From positions 39,361,729-39,425,728 of the forward strand of contig NC_052158.1 of the NCBI RefSeq assembly GCF_902713615.1: a DNA stretch of 64,000 nt, written 5' to 3'. This document shows, piece after piece, positions 36,047-49,049 of the stretch; position 1 is the stretch's first letter, and each line of letters opens with the position of its first letter. A program made the translations under genes and the position numbers. The notes beneath the pieces are model-generated. The model was not told the origin of the DNA. It saw nothing but the letters and a program-made list of their open reading frames with translations, and made no database searches. The DNA comes from Scyliorhinus canicula (Eukaryota).

Positions 36047-38640
36047 ACCAGGCTGATTTCATGGAACATCAGAAGGTTGAATAGGCCGGTCAAGAAGGCT
36101 CACGTGTTTGCACATTTGAGGGGCTGAAGGCGGAAGTGGCAATACTACAAGAGACACACCTAAAGGTTACAGACCAGACAAGATTCACAAAGGGGTGGGC
36201 TGGCCGAGTATTCCACTCAGGGCTGGACTCAAAGACCAGCGATCTTGATCAACCGACGAGTGGCATTCGAGGCAGGGAGAATCGTGTCAGACAAGGAGGG
36301 TAGGTACATAATGGTGAGTGGGCAGCTGGATGCAGGTGGTACTCGTGAACATATATGCTCCGAATTGGGACAATGTAGAATTTATGAGGTGGGTGTTAGG
36401 TAAGATCCCAGACTTAGAGTCAAATAACCTGATTATGGGAGGAGATTTTAACACAGTCGTTGATCCGGAATTGGACCGGTCAAAATCCAGGACAGGGAGG
36501 AGGCTGGCCATGGCAAAGGAACTAAAGGGGTTTACAGTTGGGGGAGTAGACCCATGGAGGTTTGCACGGCCAGGAATGAAGGAGCCTTCTTTTTTCTCTC
36601 ATATCCACAAGGTATACTCTCGCATTGACTTTTTTGTTCTGATCAGGGCGCTACTATCGGGGGTCGTAGATACCGAGTACTCGACAATCGCAGTGTCGGA
36701 TCAAGCCCCACATTGGGTGGATCTACGGGTTAGTGTGGAGAGAGGGCAACGCCCGCTGTGGAGACTGGGTGTAGGGTTGCTAGTGGACGAAGTGATCTGT
36801 GGGCGGGTTAACAAGTCCATCCAGAACATCCTGGAAATAAATGATACGGGGGAGGTCTCTGCAGCGACGGTTTGGGAAGCTTTGAAGGTAGTGGTCAGAG
36901 GGGAATTAATCTCGATACGGGCCCACAGAGAAAAAGCAGAACGGGCTGCAAGGGATAGGTTAGTGGAGGAGATACTCTAGGTGGACAGGAGATACTCGGA
37001 GGCCCCGGACGCGGGGCTACTGAGGGGGGGCGGAGGTGACAGGCTGAGTTTGGGCTGTTGACCACAGGGAAAGCGGTGGAACAGTTCAGGAAGGCAAGAG
37101 GGGGGGATTTATGAGTATGGAGAAAAGGCTTGCAGAATGTTAGCACACCAGCTCAGGAAAAGGGAGGCGGCCAGGGAGATAGGGAAAGTAAAGAGTAGAG
37201 GCGGGAATAATGTCCTGGACCCAGTGGGGTTGAATAAGGTGTTTAAGGACTTTTATAGTAAATTAGAAGTCGGAACGCCCGGCTGGGGTGGAGGAGACGA
37301 GGTAGTTTTTGGATCAGTTGAGGTTTCCGAGGGTAGATGAGGATCTGGTGGAAGGGCTGGGAGCCCCAATTGAAATTGAGGAAATAATTGAGGGGCTGGA
37401 GGGCATGCAGTCGGGCAAGGCCCTGGGGCCAGACGGCTACCCGGTGGAATTCGATAAGACGTTTTCAGAGATATTGAGCCCACGGCTGGTGAGGACATTT
37501 AATGAAGCAAGAGAGAAGGGTCCTCCCCGCAACAATGTCGCAGGCCTCAATTTCATTGATCCTGAAACGGGAGAAGGATCCGGAGCAATGCGGGTCATAC
37601 AGGCCAATTTCTCTACTGAACGCTGGCTAAGATACTGGCCACAAGGATAGACGATTGTGTCCCGCGGGTGATAGGGAAAGACCTGACGGGATTTGTAAAG
37701 GGCAGGCAACTCAAGGCCAATGTTCAAAGGCTTTTAAATGTTATTATGATGCCCTCAGAAGGAGAGGAGGCGGAGGTGGTGGTAGCGGTGGATGCCGAGA
37801 AGGCTTTTGATCGGATGGAGTGGGATTACCTGTGGGAGGCGCTGGGAAGGTTTGGGTTTGGTGAGGGCTTTATTGACTGGGTGCGGTTGCTCTATCAGGC
37901 ACCAGTAGCGAGTGTGCATACGAACCGGCTGAGGTCGGGGTATTTTAAACTCCACCGAGGGACGAGGCAAGGGTGCCCCCTCCCTGTTACTGTTTGCTCT
38001 GGCCATAGAACCATTCGCCACGGCATCAACAGCCTCTGTGAACTGGAAAGGGCTGGGTGGGGGGTAGGGGGGGGGGTGTAAAGTCTCGCTTTACGCAGAT
38101 AGATGACCTGCTCTTGTATATTTCAGACCCGTTGGAGGGGATGGGGAAAGTGATGCAAATCCTGGGGGAATTTGGCAATTTTTCGGGGTATAAATTGAAG
38201 ATGGGGAAAAGCGAGATGTTTGCGATCCAGGCCAGAGGACAGGAGGAGAGACTGGGAGAGCTGCTGCTTAGAATGGTAGGGAAGATCTTTCAGTACCTGG
38301 GAATCCAGGTGGCCCGGGAATGGGAGGCACTGCACAACTTAAACCTATCCCGGCTCGTAGAACAAATGGAAGGGGACTTTAAGAGATGGGACTGCTCCCG
38401 CTATTACTGGCGGGGCGGTATAGACCCTGAAATGATGGTCCTCCCCCAGATTTCTGTTTGTCTTTCAGTGCCTCCCCATCTTCATCCCAAAGGCCTTTTT
38501 CAAGCGGGTAAATAAGATTATTTCGGGCTTTGTGTGGGCCCGTGAGTGAACAAAATGTTGCGACAGCACAGTCGGGGGGAGGGTTGGTTGGCTCTGCCGA
38601 ACGTCTGCAATTACTACTGGGCGGCTAATATAGCCATGAT
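35560..38640 (+). mobile_element. Degenerate, truncated L1 (spacer + EN + RT), same family as 14960-20756
   Basis: VNIYAPNWD, GGDFN, QSGKALGPDG, DAEKAFD, RQGCPL with many frameshifts. Confidence 0.88.
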
Positions 38641-38684
38641 TAGGAAGTGGGTCGTGGGGGAGGAGTCGGTGTGGGAGCGTGGGG

Positions 38685-38719
<35 letters not shown>

Positions 38720-38984
38720 GACGGTAGAGGGCCGGACTGTTGTTTTATGATTGGTGTGTGTGAAGATTGTGATGGGTGGAAATGTTTATTAAAGAACAAA
38801 GAAAGGTACAGCTCAGGAACAGGCCCTTCGGCCCTCCAAGCCCGTGCCGACCATGCTGCCCGACTAAACTACAATATTCTGCATTTCCTGGGTCCGTCTC
38901 CCTCTATTCCCATCCTATTCATGTATTTGTCAAGATGCCCCTTAAATGTCACTATCGTCCCTGCTTCCACCACCTATTCTTGGT

Positions 38985-39677
38985 AGTGTGGACGAGCAGG
39001 GAGATCTCGGTGTCCATGTCCATAGATCCCTGAAAGTTGCCACCCAGGTTGAAAGGGTTGTTAAGAAGGCCTATGGTGTGTTAGCTTTTATTGGTAGAGG
39101 AATTGAGTTTCGGAGCCATGAGTTCATGTTGCAGTTGTACAAAACTCTGGTGCGGCCGCATTTGGAGTATTGTGTTCAGTTCTGGTCGCCACATTATAGG
39201 AAGGATGTGGAAGCATTGGAAAGGGTACAGAGGAGATTTACAAGAATGTTGCCTGGTATGGAGGGAAGATCATATGAGGAAAGGCTGAAGGACTTGAGGC
39301 TGTTTTCGTTAGAGAGAATAAGGTTAAGAGGGGACTTAATTGAGGCATACAAGATGATCAGAGGGTTAGATAGGGTGGACATCGAGAGCCTTTTTCCTCG
39401 GATGGTGATGTCCAGCACGAGGGGACATAGCTTTAAATTGAGGGGAGATAGATATAGGACAGATGTCAGAGGTAGGTTCTTTACTCAGAGAGTAGTAAGG
39501 GCGTGGAATGCCCTGCCTGCAACAGTAGTGGAGTCGCCAACACTAAACGCATTCAAATTGGCATTGGATAGGCATATGGACGATAAGGGAATAGTGTAGA
39601 GGGACTTTAGAGGGGTTTCACAGGACGGCGCAACATCGTGGGCCGAAGGGCCTGTACTGCGCTGTAATGTTCTATGT
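38985..39677 (+). mobile_element. CR1/HER1-type LINE 3' end
   Basis: RPHLEYCVQFWSP..LERVQRRFTRMLPG..RGDLIE..FFTQRVV..WNALP; tail GGGCCGAAGGGCCTGT. Confidence 0.9.
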
Positions 39678-40149
39678 TCCTCTGCAAGCGTGTTCCAGGC
39701 ACCCACTACCCTCTGTGTGAAAAACTTGCCTCATACATCTACTCTAAACCTTGCCCCTCTGCATGCCCCCCCTTGCCGGCTAACTGCATGGCCAATTCAA
39801 ATGTCCAATCAAGCTTCTTAACAGCATTCTTTCTCCTTTGACTGTAAGATTAGCATTCTCTCATGATCTAGCCCAGTTTATCAGGTACTAGTTACATTTT
39901 CTAAATATGATGGTTGCTTCAATGTTACCACTAACCTATTCTGTTTAATCTCTAATCCTATCCATGCAATAGTCCCTGAAGCGCGACTTCAAATCATAAA
40001 TTTATCTATCACAAACTGCTCAAATTGCACAGAGCCTGTAGCAAGTCATCGATATGCATCATAAATATGTCTGAGAGTTTCCTCTTGTGATACCAATAGA
40101 ACACTGATGGATCTACTTTCAGTTAAGATTTGAATATTGAGTCTGGGGA

Positions 40150-41165
40150 CATCATGTGGTGTGGGGAATGGAGGGGACGGTGGATGCTCAGTAATGATAT
40201 TGCAATGTATGGAATGATATGGACGAAGGTATAGGTGGTCTGATTAGCAAGTCTGCCGATGATACTAAGATTGGTGGAGTTGCAGATAGCAAGGAGGACT
40301 GTCAGAGAATACATCAAAATATAGATAGATTGGAGAGTTGGACAGAGAAATGGCAGATGGAGTTCAATCCAGGCAAATGCGAGGTGATGCATTTTGCAAG
40401 ATCTAATTCAAGTGCGGACTATACGGTCAATGGAAGAGTCCTGGGGAAAATTGATGTACAGAGAGATCTGGGAGTTCAGGTCCATTATACCCTGAAGGTG
40501 GCAATGCAGGTCGATAAGAGTGGTCAAGAAGGCATACAGCATGCTTGCCTTCATCGGACGGGGTATTGAGTACATGAGTCGGCAGGTCATGTTACAGTTG
40601 TATAGGACTTTGGTTGGGCCACATTTGGAATACTGCGTGCAGTTCTGGTCGCCACATTACCAGGAGGATGTGGATGCTTTAGAGAGGGTGCAGAGGAGGT
40701 TCACCAGGATATTGCCTGGTATGGAGGGTGCTAGCTATGAAGAAAGGTTGAGTAGATTAGGATTGTTTTTCATTGGAAAGACGGAGGTTGAGGGGGGGGA
40801 CCTGATTGAGGTCTACAAAATTTTGAGAGGTATGGACAGGATGGACAGCAACAAGCTTTTCCAAGAGTGGGGGTGTCAGTTACAATGGGTCACGATTTCA
40901 AGGTGAGAGGGGGAAAGTTTAAGGGAGATGTGCGTGGAAAGTTTTTACGCAGAGGGTGGTGGGTGCCTGGAATGCTTTGCCAGCGGAGGTGGTAGAGCCG
41001 GGGCACGATAGCATCATTTAAGATGCATCTGGACCGATATAGAACGGGTGGGGAACAGAGGGAAGTAGATCTTTAGAAAATAGGCGACAGGTTTAGATAA
41101 AGGATCTGGAGCAGCGCAGGCTGGAAGGGCTGAAGGGCCTGTTCCTGTGCTGTAATGTTCTTTGG
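40150..41165 (+). mobile_element. CR1/HER1-type LINE 3' fragment (RT end)
   Basis: ISKSADDTK, WQMEFNPGKC, HLEYCVQFWSP. Confidence 0.88.
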
Positions 41166-42748
41166 CAAGAACCTCATGATGTCACCGACAAGCAGCGTGG
41201 AAAATCATGAAAATGCAATCTCGCCGGGTGATAATCACGTTTCCTGATTCTCGCCATATTTTCCTCCCACGTCACCATTCTCGTTGATGGCTAATGTGGA
41301 CTTAAAATCGCCCCTTTGATCTCAGCCATTCTTCAACAATAGTACCTCAGGTTACAATCTTCTGTCTGAAACAGATCTTTAGGCCGGACCTTTTCAGCCG
41401 TTCTCAGCACCAAGATCTTTTCGTCCCGCTGATGGTCGGGGTGACAGTACAACAAGAAACCCCGTTGACAATGGCAGACCAGACGATCCCACCGCCAACC
41501 AATAGCAGGTGTCCTCGGCAATCACGAAACCTGCTATGGGACTTGTGGAAATCCCATCCTTCATTCCTAATTGGCAACTGTTCTCTGCTTCTATATTAAT
41601 TTCTGCCCAAGCCAGGTGAAGTGTTCCGGTTATGAAATGTGAATTTACAGAATGCAGCATTATTAACCAACCCAATCACTGTCTCAGAAGTCTGTTTGTA
41701 AGAACTCTAGGTATGCAATTAAACAAAGGCATCCACATATGTATTTGACATATTAAATAACATATTATTAAGACCACATATCCTCCTATTCTATCAGCCT
41801 GTTTATGTCTTTTTCTAAAAGTTTATTATTGTCTTCCTCTTAGTTCACTACACATCCAACTTTTGTGTCATCTTCTGATTTGAAATCGGGCCTTGTATGC
41901 CCTAAGTCCAAGGTCAAATACCAGCAGCGGTCCGAGTCTTCAAAACTTGGCAACATCATTGCCTTCAGTCTCAAAACCAGTCAATCACCACAACTCCCCA
42001 TTTCCTATATCTTAGTCAGTTCTGAAAACATCCTGCCTCTTCTCCATGAGCTCTCTTGGTAATCGTTCACTGAAGCATGGCCAACCGTGGGGATTTTATA
42101 AAACAATTCCTGTACCAGCTGAGGTAATTCATAAAGGCCCGCCTTCTCAACCTTACCCCTCGCCTGTGTCTCCCTCAGCTAGAATGGGGATCAAATCCTG
42201 TGCTGTTAGTGTTAGTCTTATTGACACACAAGCCATCTAAACAACTGAGCTAAGAGCAACAACACCCTGCACCCACCAATCCTCTCTACAAAACCGCTTT
42301 CAAATAACCACTACTGTCCATTTTAGTCCACAGGGTTTAATTTTACTAACAAGTCTATCAGTTGCATCATTATAAAAAGTATTATGAAAGTCCACGGAGA
42401 CAACTTCAATTATATTCCCCTCATCAACACAATCTTTGGTGTTTTATCAAGTAAGTTCAATCAAAGCAAACAAAAAATTCTCTTTAATCCAAGTTCACTC
42501 CCCACTTTTAAACTATTTTGTCCAATACCTATTAATTTTCTCCCTATATTTTGTCCCTAAATGTTTTCCTGCCATTATTATTGATCTGACTGGACTGTAA
42601 TTGGCTGGATTATCAGTCTCCACTTTATTTGATGAGGGTGTAACATTTGTCATCCTCCAATCCACTGGCACCATGCCAGGTATGACAATCCCATTCCCCA
42701 TTGTGATTTTCTGCTAACAACTGATTATTGATTTTTGGTCCCTGACAG

Positions 42749-43025
42749 GAATTCATGTTTTCCAATGGATCCTAATTGGTGAAGTCACTGAAGACGGCTC
42801 CATTCGGAGGTCGATGAGAGTTGGATTTGATGGGAAGGATTATATTAGTTTTGGAGCCAGACACAATGAGATGGGTCGCATCCAATCACATCGCAGTGAA
42901 GACCAAAGAGAAATGGGATTCAGATCAATCCTGGAACAAGTATTGGAAAATAGTTCTAGAAGAAAACATTATCAACGATTTGCTGGTGTATTTAAATGCT
43001 GGAAAGGAATATTTTGGACGGAAAG
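42749..43025 (+). pseudogene. Class I gene 2, alpha2 exon with +1 T (42849-42852), no cysteines
   Basis: 277 nt vs 276 in gene 1; GIHVFQWILIGEV..FDGKDYIS / LEPDTMRW..VLEENIINDLLVYLNAGK. Confidence 0.92.
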
Positions 43026-43136
43026 GTATTGATTTGAGTTTTGATCCATGTTCTGATCTAACTTCACTGATCTATCAACCGTTCTACATTCCATTCGTGT
43101 CTGTCTATTTTTGGTTTTCACCCTTTCCCATTACAG

Positions 43137-43414
43137 TTCAGCCTGAAGTCTTCATCTCCAGAAGTGAGGCCAATAGTCAGTACAAGCCTCACTTCTCTCC
43201 TGCCTGGTTACTGGGTTTTATCCTGTAGACATCGAGGGTGACCTGGCTAAGGAATGGAGAGGTAATGTCTGAGACACAATCCTCTGGGCTCGACCGAACC
43301 ACGATGGGAGCCATCAGATCCAGAAAGAGATTGAAATAAATGCTGGGGATGAGGATCAATACTCCTGTCAAATTGAACACAGCAGCCTGGCAGAGCCCAA
43401 GCTCCATCAGTGGG
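43137..43414 (+). pseudogene. Class I gene 2, alpha3 exon with three local indel lesions (net -1)
   Basis: 278 nt vs 279; otherwise nearly identical to 12587-12865. Confidence 0.92.
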
Positions 43415-44459
43415 GTAGGACACTTGACTGGGTATATATGTGTGTGGTACCAGGATGAGGCCATTCTGCCCTTTGACTCTGTTCCTCCATTCAGTTCACA
43501 TCCTGACTGATCTGTCCCACAGCTCCATTTATCCATTATTGGCTCAATATCTGTCGCTGTCTGATCCAATAAAACTCTCTCTATCTCAGTCTGGAACATG
43601 TCCATTAACCCCCAGCTCCCACAGCCTTTTGGTGGAGAGAGCTCCAGATTTCATTGCCCTTTTTGTGAGGAATTGCTTCCTGATATCACTCCTCAATGTC
43701 CTCAGTCTAATGTGAAGATGATGCTCTCTTATTCCAGATTCCACCACCAGAGAAAATAGTTTCTCAGTATCGACCCTATCGAATCCCTTTATCATTTTAA
43801 CATCTGGATCAGATCCTCCTTCACCCTGTTAAACACAGGGAAATACATGGTCAGCTTTATATAACCTGCCCTCAGAACTGAGAGAATCCAGCTCAATGAA
43901 AAGGCTTCACAAATGCCCAGAGATTAAGTTCCTGACCCTTTGGCCGAGATCTACCGGCTGCATTGCGTCTGAAATGCAGCGTGACGCAACCGGTAGATGC
44001 CGCGGGATATCATCCACGGGATCTACCCTCCACGCTTCAGGAGATCTAAAGCGATCTCGCGGAATGTCACGACCTGAATCCTGCCCATTGTGGGCGGGAT
44101 CACTTTCTAGCAAATCTACCTAATTAGCATGCGAGAGCTAGTCTCACTTTAATATGTGTTCCTGAAATCTAATCCCGTCACCTGGAGACCTCGGGCGAGT
44201 GTTCTTCAATGCTGCTCAATGCTCCGAGCACCAGGCAACACCGGCTAATTGTGCTCTACAGGACTCTGTCCCCATTGGGTAGATCGCACAAGAATTAGCA
44301 GATCTCATGGAGACGGAATGGCCTTTGTGAAGGGGAGCTCTTGTCTGACTCATCTCACTGGCGGATAAGGGAGTGTCTATGGGCTGGTCCAGCTGGAATT
44401 CCAGAAGGTCAGGAATCTTGGTACAAAGAGAAAATCCTGATCCTTTTCCAATGTTTCAG

Positions 44460-44579
44460 AAATACGGGAAAACAGTGTGCGACACCATCAACTTGTCATT
44501 ATGATGGTACCACTGATCCTGGCACTGGCTGGTATATTCGGGATAATTGGAATAATCATCAGGTGCATACATCGAAGAG
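44460..44579 (+). CDS. Class I gene 2, TM exon
   Basis: tttcag / G-gtaag; EIRENSVRHHQLVIMMVPLILALAGIFGIIGIIIRCIHRR. Confidence 0.88.
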
Positions 44580-44599
44580 GTAAGAATCCGAGTGATTGG

Positions 44600-45475
44600 A
44601 ATGTGGAACTGAGGAGACAGTGTGAGTGTGGGGGGGATCCCCAGTACTGGGAGTACAGGACACAGAGGGGAGAGAGAGGGAGAGGGGAATGTAGAACTGA
44701 GGGGACAGAGTGAGTGTGGGGGGATCCCCAGTACTGGGAGTACAGGACACAGAGGGGGAGAGAGGGGGGTAATGTAGAAACTGAGGGGACAGTGAGTGTG
44801 GGGGGATCCCCAGTACGTGGGAGTACAGGACACTAGAGGGGAGAGGGGAATGTAGAACTGAGGGGACAGAGTGAATGTGGGGGGGAATCCCCAGTACTGG
44901 GGGTACAGGACACTGAGAGGGGAGAGAGAGAGAGAGGGGAATGTAGAACTGAGGGGACAGAGTGAGTGTGGGGAATCCCCAGTACTGGGAGGACAGGACA
45001 CAGAAGGGAGAGAGAGGGGAATGTAGAACTGAGGGGACAGAGTGAGTGTGGGGAATCCCCAGTACTGGGAGTACAGGACACTGAGAGGGGAGAGAGAGGG
45101 GAATGTAGAACTGAGGGGACAGAGTGAGTGTGGGGGAATCCCCAGTACTGGGAGTACAGGACACTGAGAAGGGAGAGAGAGGGGAATGTAGAACTGAGGG
45201 GACAGAGTGAGTGTGGGGGAATCCCCAGTACTGGGAGTACAGGACACTGAGAGGGGAGAGAGAGGGGAATGTAGAACTGAGGGGACAGAGTGAGTGTGGT
45301 GGAATCCCCAGTACTGGGAGTACAGGACTCTGGGAGGGGAGAGAGGGGAATGTAGATCTGAGGGGACAGAGTGAGTGTGGGTGGAATCCCCAGTACTGGG
45401 AGTACAGGGCGTTGGGAGGGGAGAGAGGGGAATGTAGATCTGAGGGGACAGAGTGAGTGTGGGGGAATCTCCAGC
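44600..45475 (+). repeat. ~85-bp G-rich minisatellite (~10 units) with kB-like sites, same family as 14070-14830
   Basis: Same unit and same intron position as in gene 1. Confidence 0.95.
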
Positions 45476-45778
45476 GCTGGTTTTTTCCAAGGGTTGAAGT
45501 GTAAAATTCAAGGAGGCGCAGTTTCAAGGTGAGAGGGTGAAAGTTTAAGGGAGATGTGCGGGGTAAGTGGTGGGTGCCTGGAATGTGCTGCCAGAGGATG
45601 TGGTGGAAGCAGGCACATTCGAAACATTTAAGAGGCATCTGGATTTTGACATGAATTGGGAGGAAATCGAGGGATATGGACCAGTAAGGGTAAAAAGATT
45701 TATTTAGTTACTGCATCATGATCGGCACAGGCTTGGAGGGCCGAAGGGTCTGTTCCTGTGCTCTACTTTTCTTTATTC
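45476..45778 (+). mobile_element. CR1/HER1-type LINE 3' fragment
   Basis: TTTCAAGGTGAGAGGG..GCCTGGAATG..GGGCCGAAGGG tail. Confidence 0.75.
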
Positions 45779-45803
45779 ATTGACATTTACTTTATTTCTA
45801 CAG

Positions 45804-45836
45804 ATTCACCGAGTGTGATCTGCACAACAGCTCCCA
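45804..45836 (+). CDS. Class I gene 2, cytoplasmic exon (DSPSVICTTAP)
   Basis: ctacag / A-gtaag; homologous to 20964-20996. Confidence 0.82.
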
Positions 45837-46989
45837 GTAAGGACAAAGGGGCAGGTTTAAATGATCTTTAAGTGTTCATGGATTTTTATCAAAATGTATC
45901 TGACTCAGTATGCAAGACTCTGACTGGTCAAGAGGTGAAGATGACAATCAGTTTGTTGAGCTTACCTTTCCAGTGTCTGGACAGGTCGGGGGTCACTTTC
46001 CCAGACACTCCTGTCACAGTTACGGGGATTGTGGGACAAGGTTACACATTGAACAACTTTCCCCTGCAGGAAGGACTGACCCTTCACCCCACAGAGCAGA
46101 TTGTTCTGGAAATGGATGGAATGGAGGATGCCAACATGGATGTCCCTGGAGTCAGGCCTCATGGAGAAGCTGAGGAAACACCGACTGCAGCTGTCAGGCA
46201 GGCTGCAGAGCAGCTGGGGGCTGGTAGATTTGGACATTGAGATTGAGAAAATCCCACTCGCTCCTCCCAGGAAATCAGAGAAAAGAACAGTGTGGATGGA
46301 GAGTGAAACAAGAGACATTTTATTACAGCAGCAAATAGACATTGTACAACTTTGTGATAGTTATTGCTAAACAACGGAAATCTCAGGAAAATGGTCCAAA
46401 ACATTCGGACATTTGTGTTAATGAGATATTTTTCTGCTTTATAAACTGTTGTCATCTTAAAATGGATCATGTGAATAAAACGATTTTGATTTATTTAGAA
46501 TGATTCCTGGTTGAAGCATAAATACAACAACAACCTGAAACAGAACACGAACAATTCATAATTTAGAAATAGAATTTTCATTCAATGAAAGAAAACCAAC
46601 ATTTCCTCAAAATGAAACATCAAAATTCCCCCCTCTCTGTGCCTGAGGGTCTCTGTCACAAAGGGGGGAAGGGGGGGGGGAGGAGATAAAGACGTCCTCT
46701 CTGCAAGAGCTGCCCCCTAATGCCCCCTGCATCTTCCCCGTATCCGTATCCTGCCCCCTCTAGTGGCAGAAACATGCCCAGCAGCTGCTCACTGCTGACT
46801 GGGGAGCTGCTGAGCAGAAGCTGCTCCATTCGAGGTCCAGCTGCTGTCCCTTGGGGTTTGTATTACTGCCATCCCAGCTGTGTATAACTCAGGTCTCTGT
46901 ATGGGCCTTGTTATGGGGCCTTGCAGCATCCTCCATGTGGGTATAATGATTGAGATGGGTCTGCTTTGTACCAGTCATTGTATTAGTGA

Positions 46990-47440
46990 TGCGATGAGGA
47001 GCCAGCAGCGGTGCCGGGTGATACTCCCGTGCCAAAAACGGCCAGAGAATAGCCGGGTCCATGGCCGCGCGTCCACAACCCCACAGGCCACACACTGGCC
47101 AACCCCCCATCAGTCCCTCAGCCCTCATGGAAGCCCCCCCGGCCAGCGGCACGGATCCCGCCAAGTGTGGCGGCGCTGGACACAGACCATTCCCGCCACA
47201 CCGCGTTCCCGACCGCTGAGACCACACGTGTCCCGTGTAGAATTTGGCCAATCGGGGCCAATGATGTGACAAAGCCGTTGCAACAGCGTGCGGCTCGCGA
47301 TGCGATGATGCAATTTCAGAGGGGCGGAGCATAGCTGACCGGCGTCAAACTGCCGCTAGTCCCGATTGGGACGTCAGAGTCAATTCTCTGCCTGATCGCC
47401 GATTACGATATCGGCTTCAGGCACCGGAGAATCCTGCCCA
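46990..47440. mobile_element. GC-rich non-autonomous element of the GGGCGGGATTCTCC-ended family
   Basis: Ends GGAGAATCCTGCCC, like 52719-52732 and 53350-53363. Confidence 0.55.
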
Positions 47441-47627
47441 AGGTGTCTGTCACGTTGAGACACCAGTACGTTCCTCAGTTCTGGAATTCAAACCTGTCCC
47501 ATAGAGTGTCAACATGGGGCTGATGTGGTCCACGTGTCACTGAAGAGCATGAAGCAAGTTGTTAAAATACTGCTGTCTTATCTTTTGTCTGTCCTGTGTT
47601 CCCCTTTTTTTTATCCGTGTCCTATGT

Positions 47628-47997
47628 TCTATGAGAGGTGACTTAATAGAGACATATAAGATAGTCAGAGGGTTAGATAGGGTGGACAGTGAGAGTCTTT
47701 TTCCTCGGATGGTGATGACCAACACGAGGGGACATAGCTTTAAATTGAGGGGTGATAGATATAGGACAGATGTCAGAGGCAGTTTCTTTACTCAGAGAGT
47801 AGTAGGAGTGTGGAACGCCCTGCCTGCAACAGTAGTAGACTCGCCAACTTTAAGGGCATTTAAGTGGTCACTGGATAGACATATGGATGGAAATGGAATA
47901 GTGTAGGTCAGATAGGCTTCAGATGGTTTCACAGGTCGGCGCAACATCGAGGGCCGAAGGGCCCGTACTGCGCTGTAGTGTTCTATGTTCTATGTCC
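47628..47997 (+). mobile_element. CR1/HER1-type LINE 3' end
   Basis: MRGDLIETYKIVRGLDRVD..WNALPATVV; near-identical to 39330-39677. Confidence 0.88.
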
Positions 47998-49049
47998 TGC
48001 GGCCTGCTTTGAACTACAGTTTTCCAATTAGCTGCTACAACATTGTGACACCATTTGGGATTTCTGTTTAAACTATAAATTTTAGGCAGAGTTGGAACCC
48101 CCTATCGTGGTGGACTAGGCCAAGACATCCCCTTTAGGTTCTGTGGCAGAACATGTGATGGTGATTTGATAGACTTGGCAAGCAACCAATCGGGGAATGT
48201 ACAATTTGCACCCTTCTCCTATTGTGGCTTGTGATTGGTGGAGTCAGTCAGAAAGTTGCGGAAAGGAGGTGGGACTTCTGAAGAGTTCCATTTTGTCTTC
48301 TGTTCTGGGAAGAGTTTCAAGCATGAGGCAGTTTCAAACAACTCTCTCTCTCTCTCTGACTGGTGATTAAGGGAGCATTCTGCAGCCTGCAGTTTCTAGT
48401 TGAAGACATTAGGAGATCACTGGATACAAAGAGGTATATCGGCAGCAAAGAAATTAATCCCTGTTATTTTAAACTTCCTCCCACTTTTCCCCCTTGTGCG
48501 TTTGTCTATTGTGCGTCTGGGTGGAGGGTGAGATGGGGTTTTATGATTAGTAGATTGTTCGATGATTGTTCTCTTATTTCTTTATATATTCATCTTTTCC
48601 TCTTGTCATTATTAAACAGTTTGTTAACATCTTTACTTATAAATCTGGGGCGTGAATCTCGCCCCCCCCCCCCCAGCGATTCTCCGGCCCGCGATGGGCC
48701 GAAGTCCCGCTGCTTCTATGCCAGTCCCGCTGGCGTAGATTGAACCAGTGAGCCTTTTGGAATTCTCTCTTCCTCAAAAGGCAATGGAAGGAAGGAAAAC
48801 CTTCAAATCTTTTTAAGGCAGAGCGAGATAGATCCTTGACGAATGAGGATGTGAATGGCTATTCAAGGTCGGCGGGAATTGGGAATTGAATTTACAATCA
48901 GATCAGTCATGATCTTATTGAATGGTGTAAGAAACCTCTTTCAAATCCTTGTCTGACCCCCACTTCCCATTTTAATTCCTGTCCTTAATTCAAGAAATCA
49001 AATGGGTTTTTGACAAGCAGAACATTTGGTCTGAGAAATAGTTTGTTTT

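Larger units (their letters stand above)
33846..45836 (+). pseudogene. Non-classical MHC class I gene 2 (frameshifted as assembled; pseudogene or unpolished)
   Basis: Leader, alpha1, alpha2, alpha3, TM and cytoplasmic exons with canonical splice sites; +1 in alpha2, net -1 in alpha3. Confidence 0.8.

Noticed and set aside
48045-48640. Possible solo LTR upstream of the integrase fragment
   Set aside because: No match to the LTR at 51839, no clear TG..CA ends or TSD; left unannotated.
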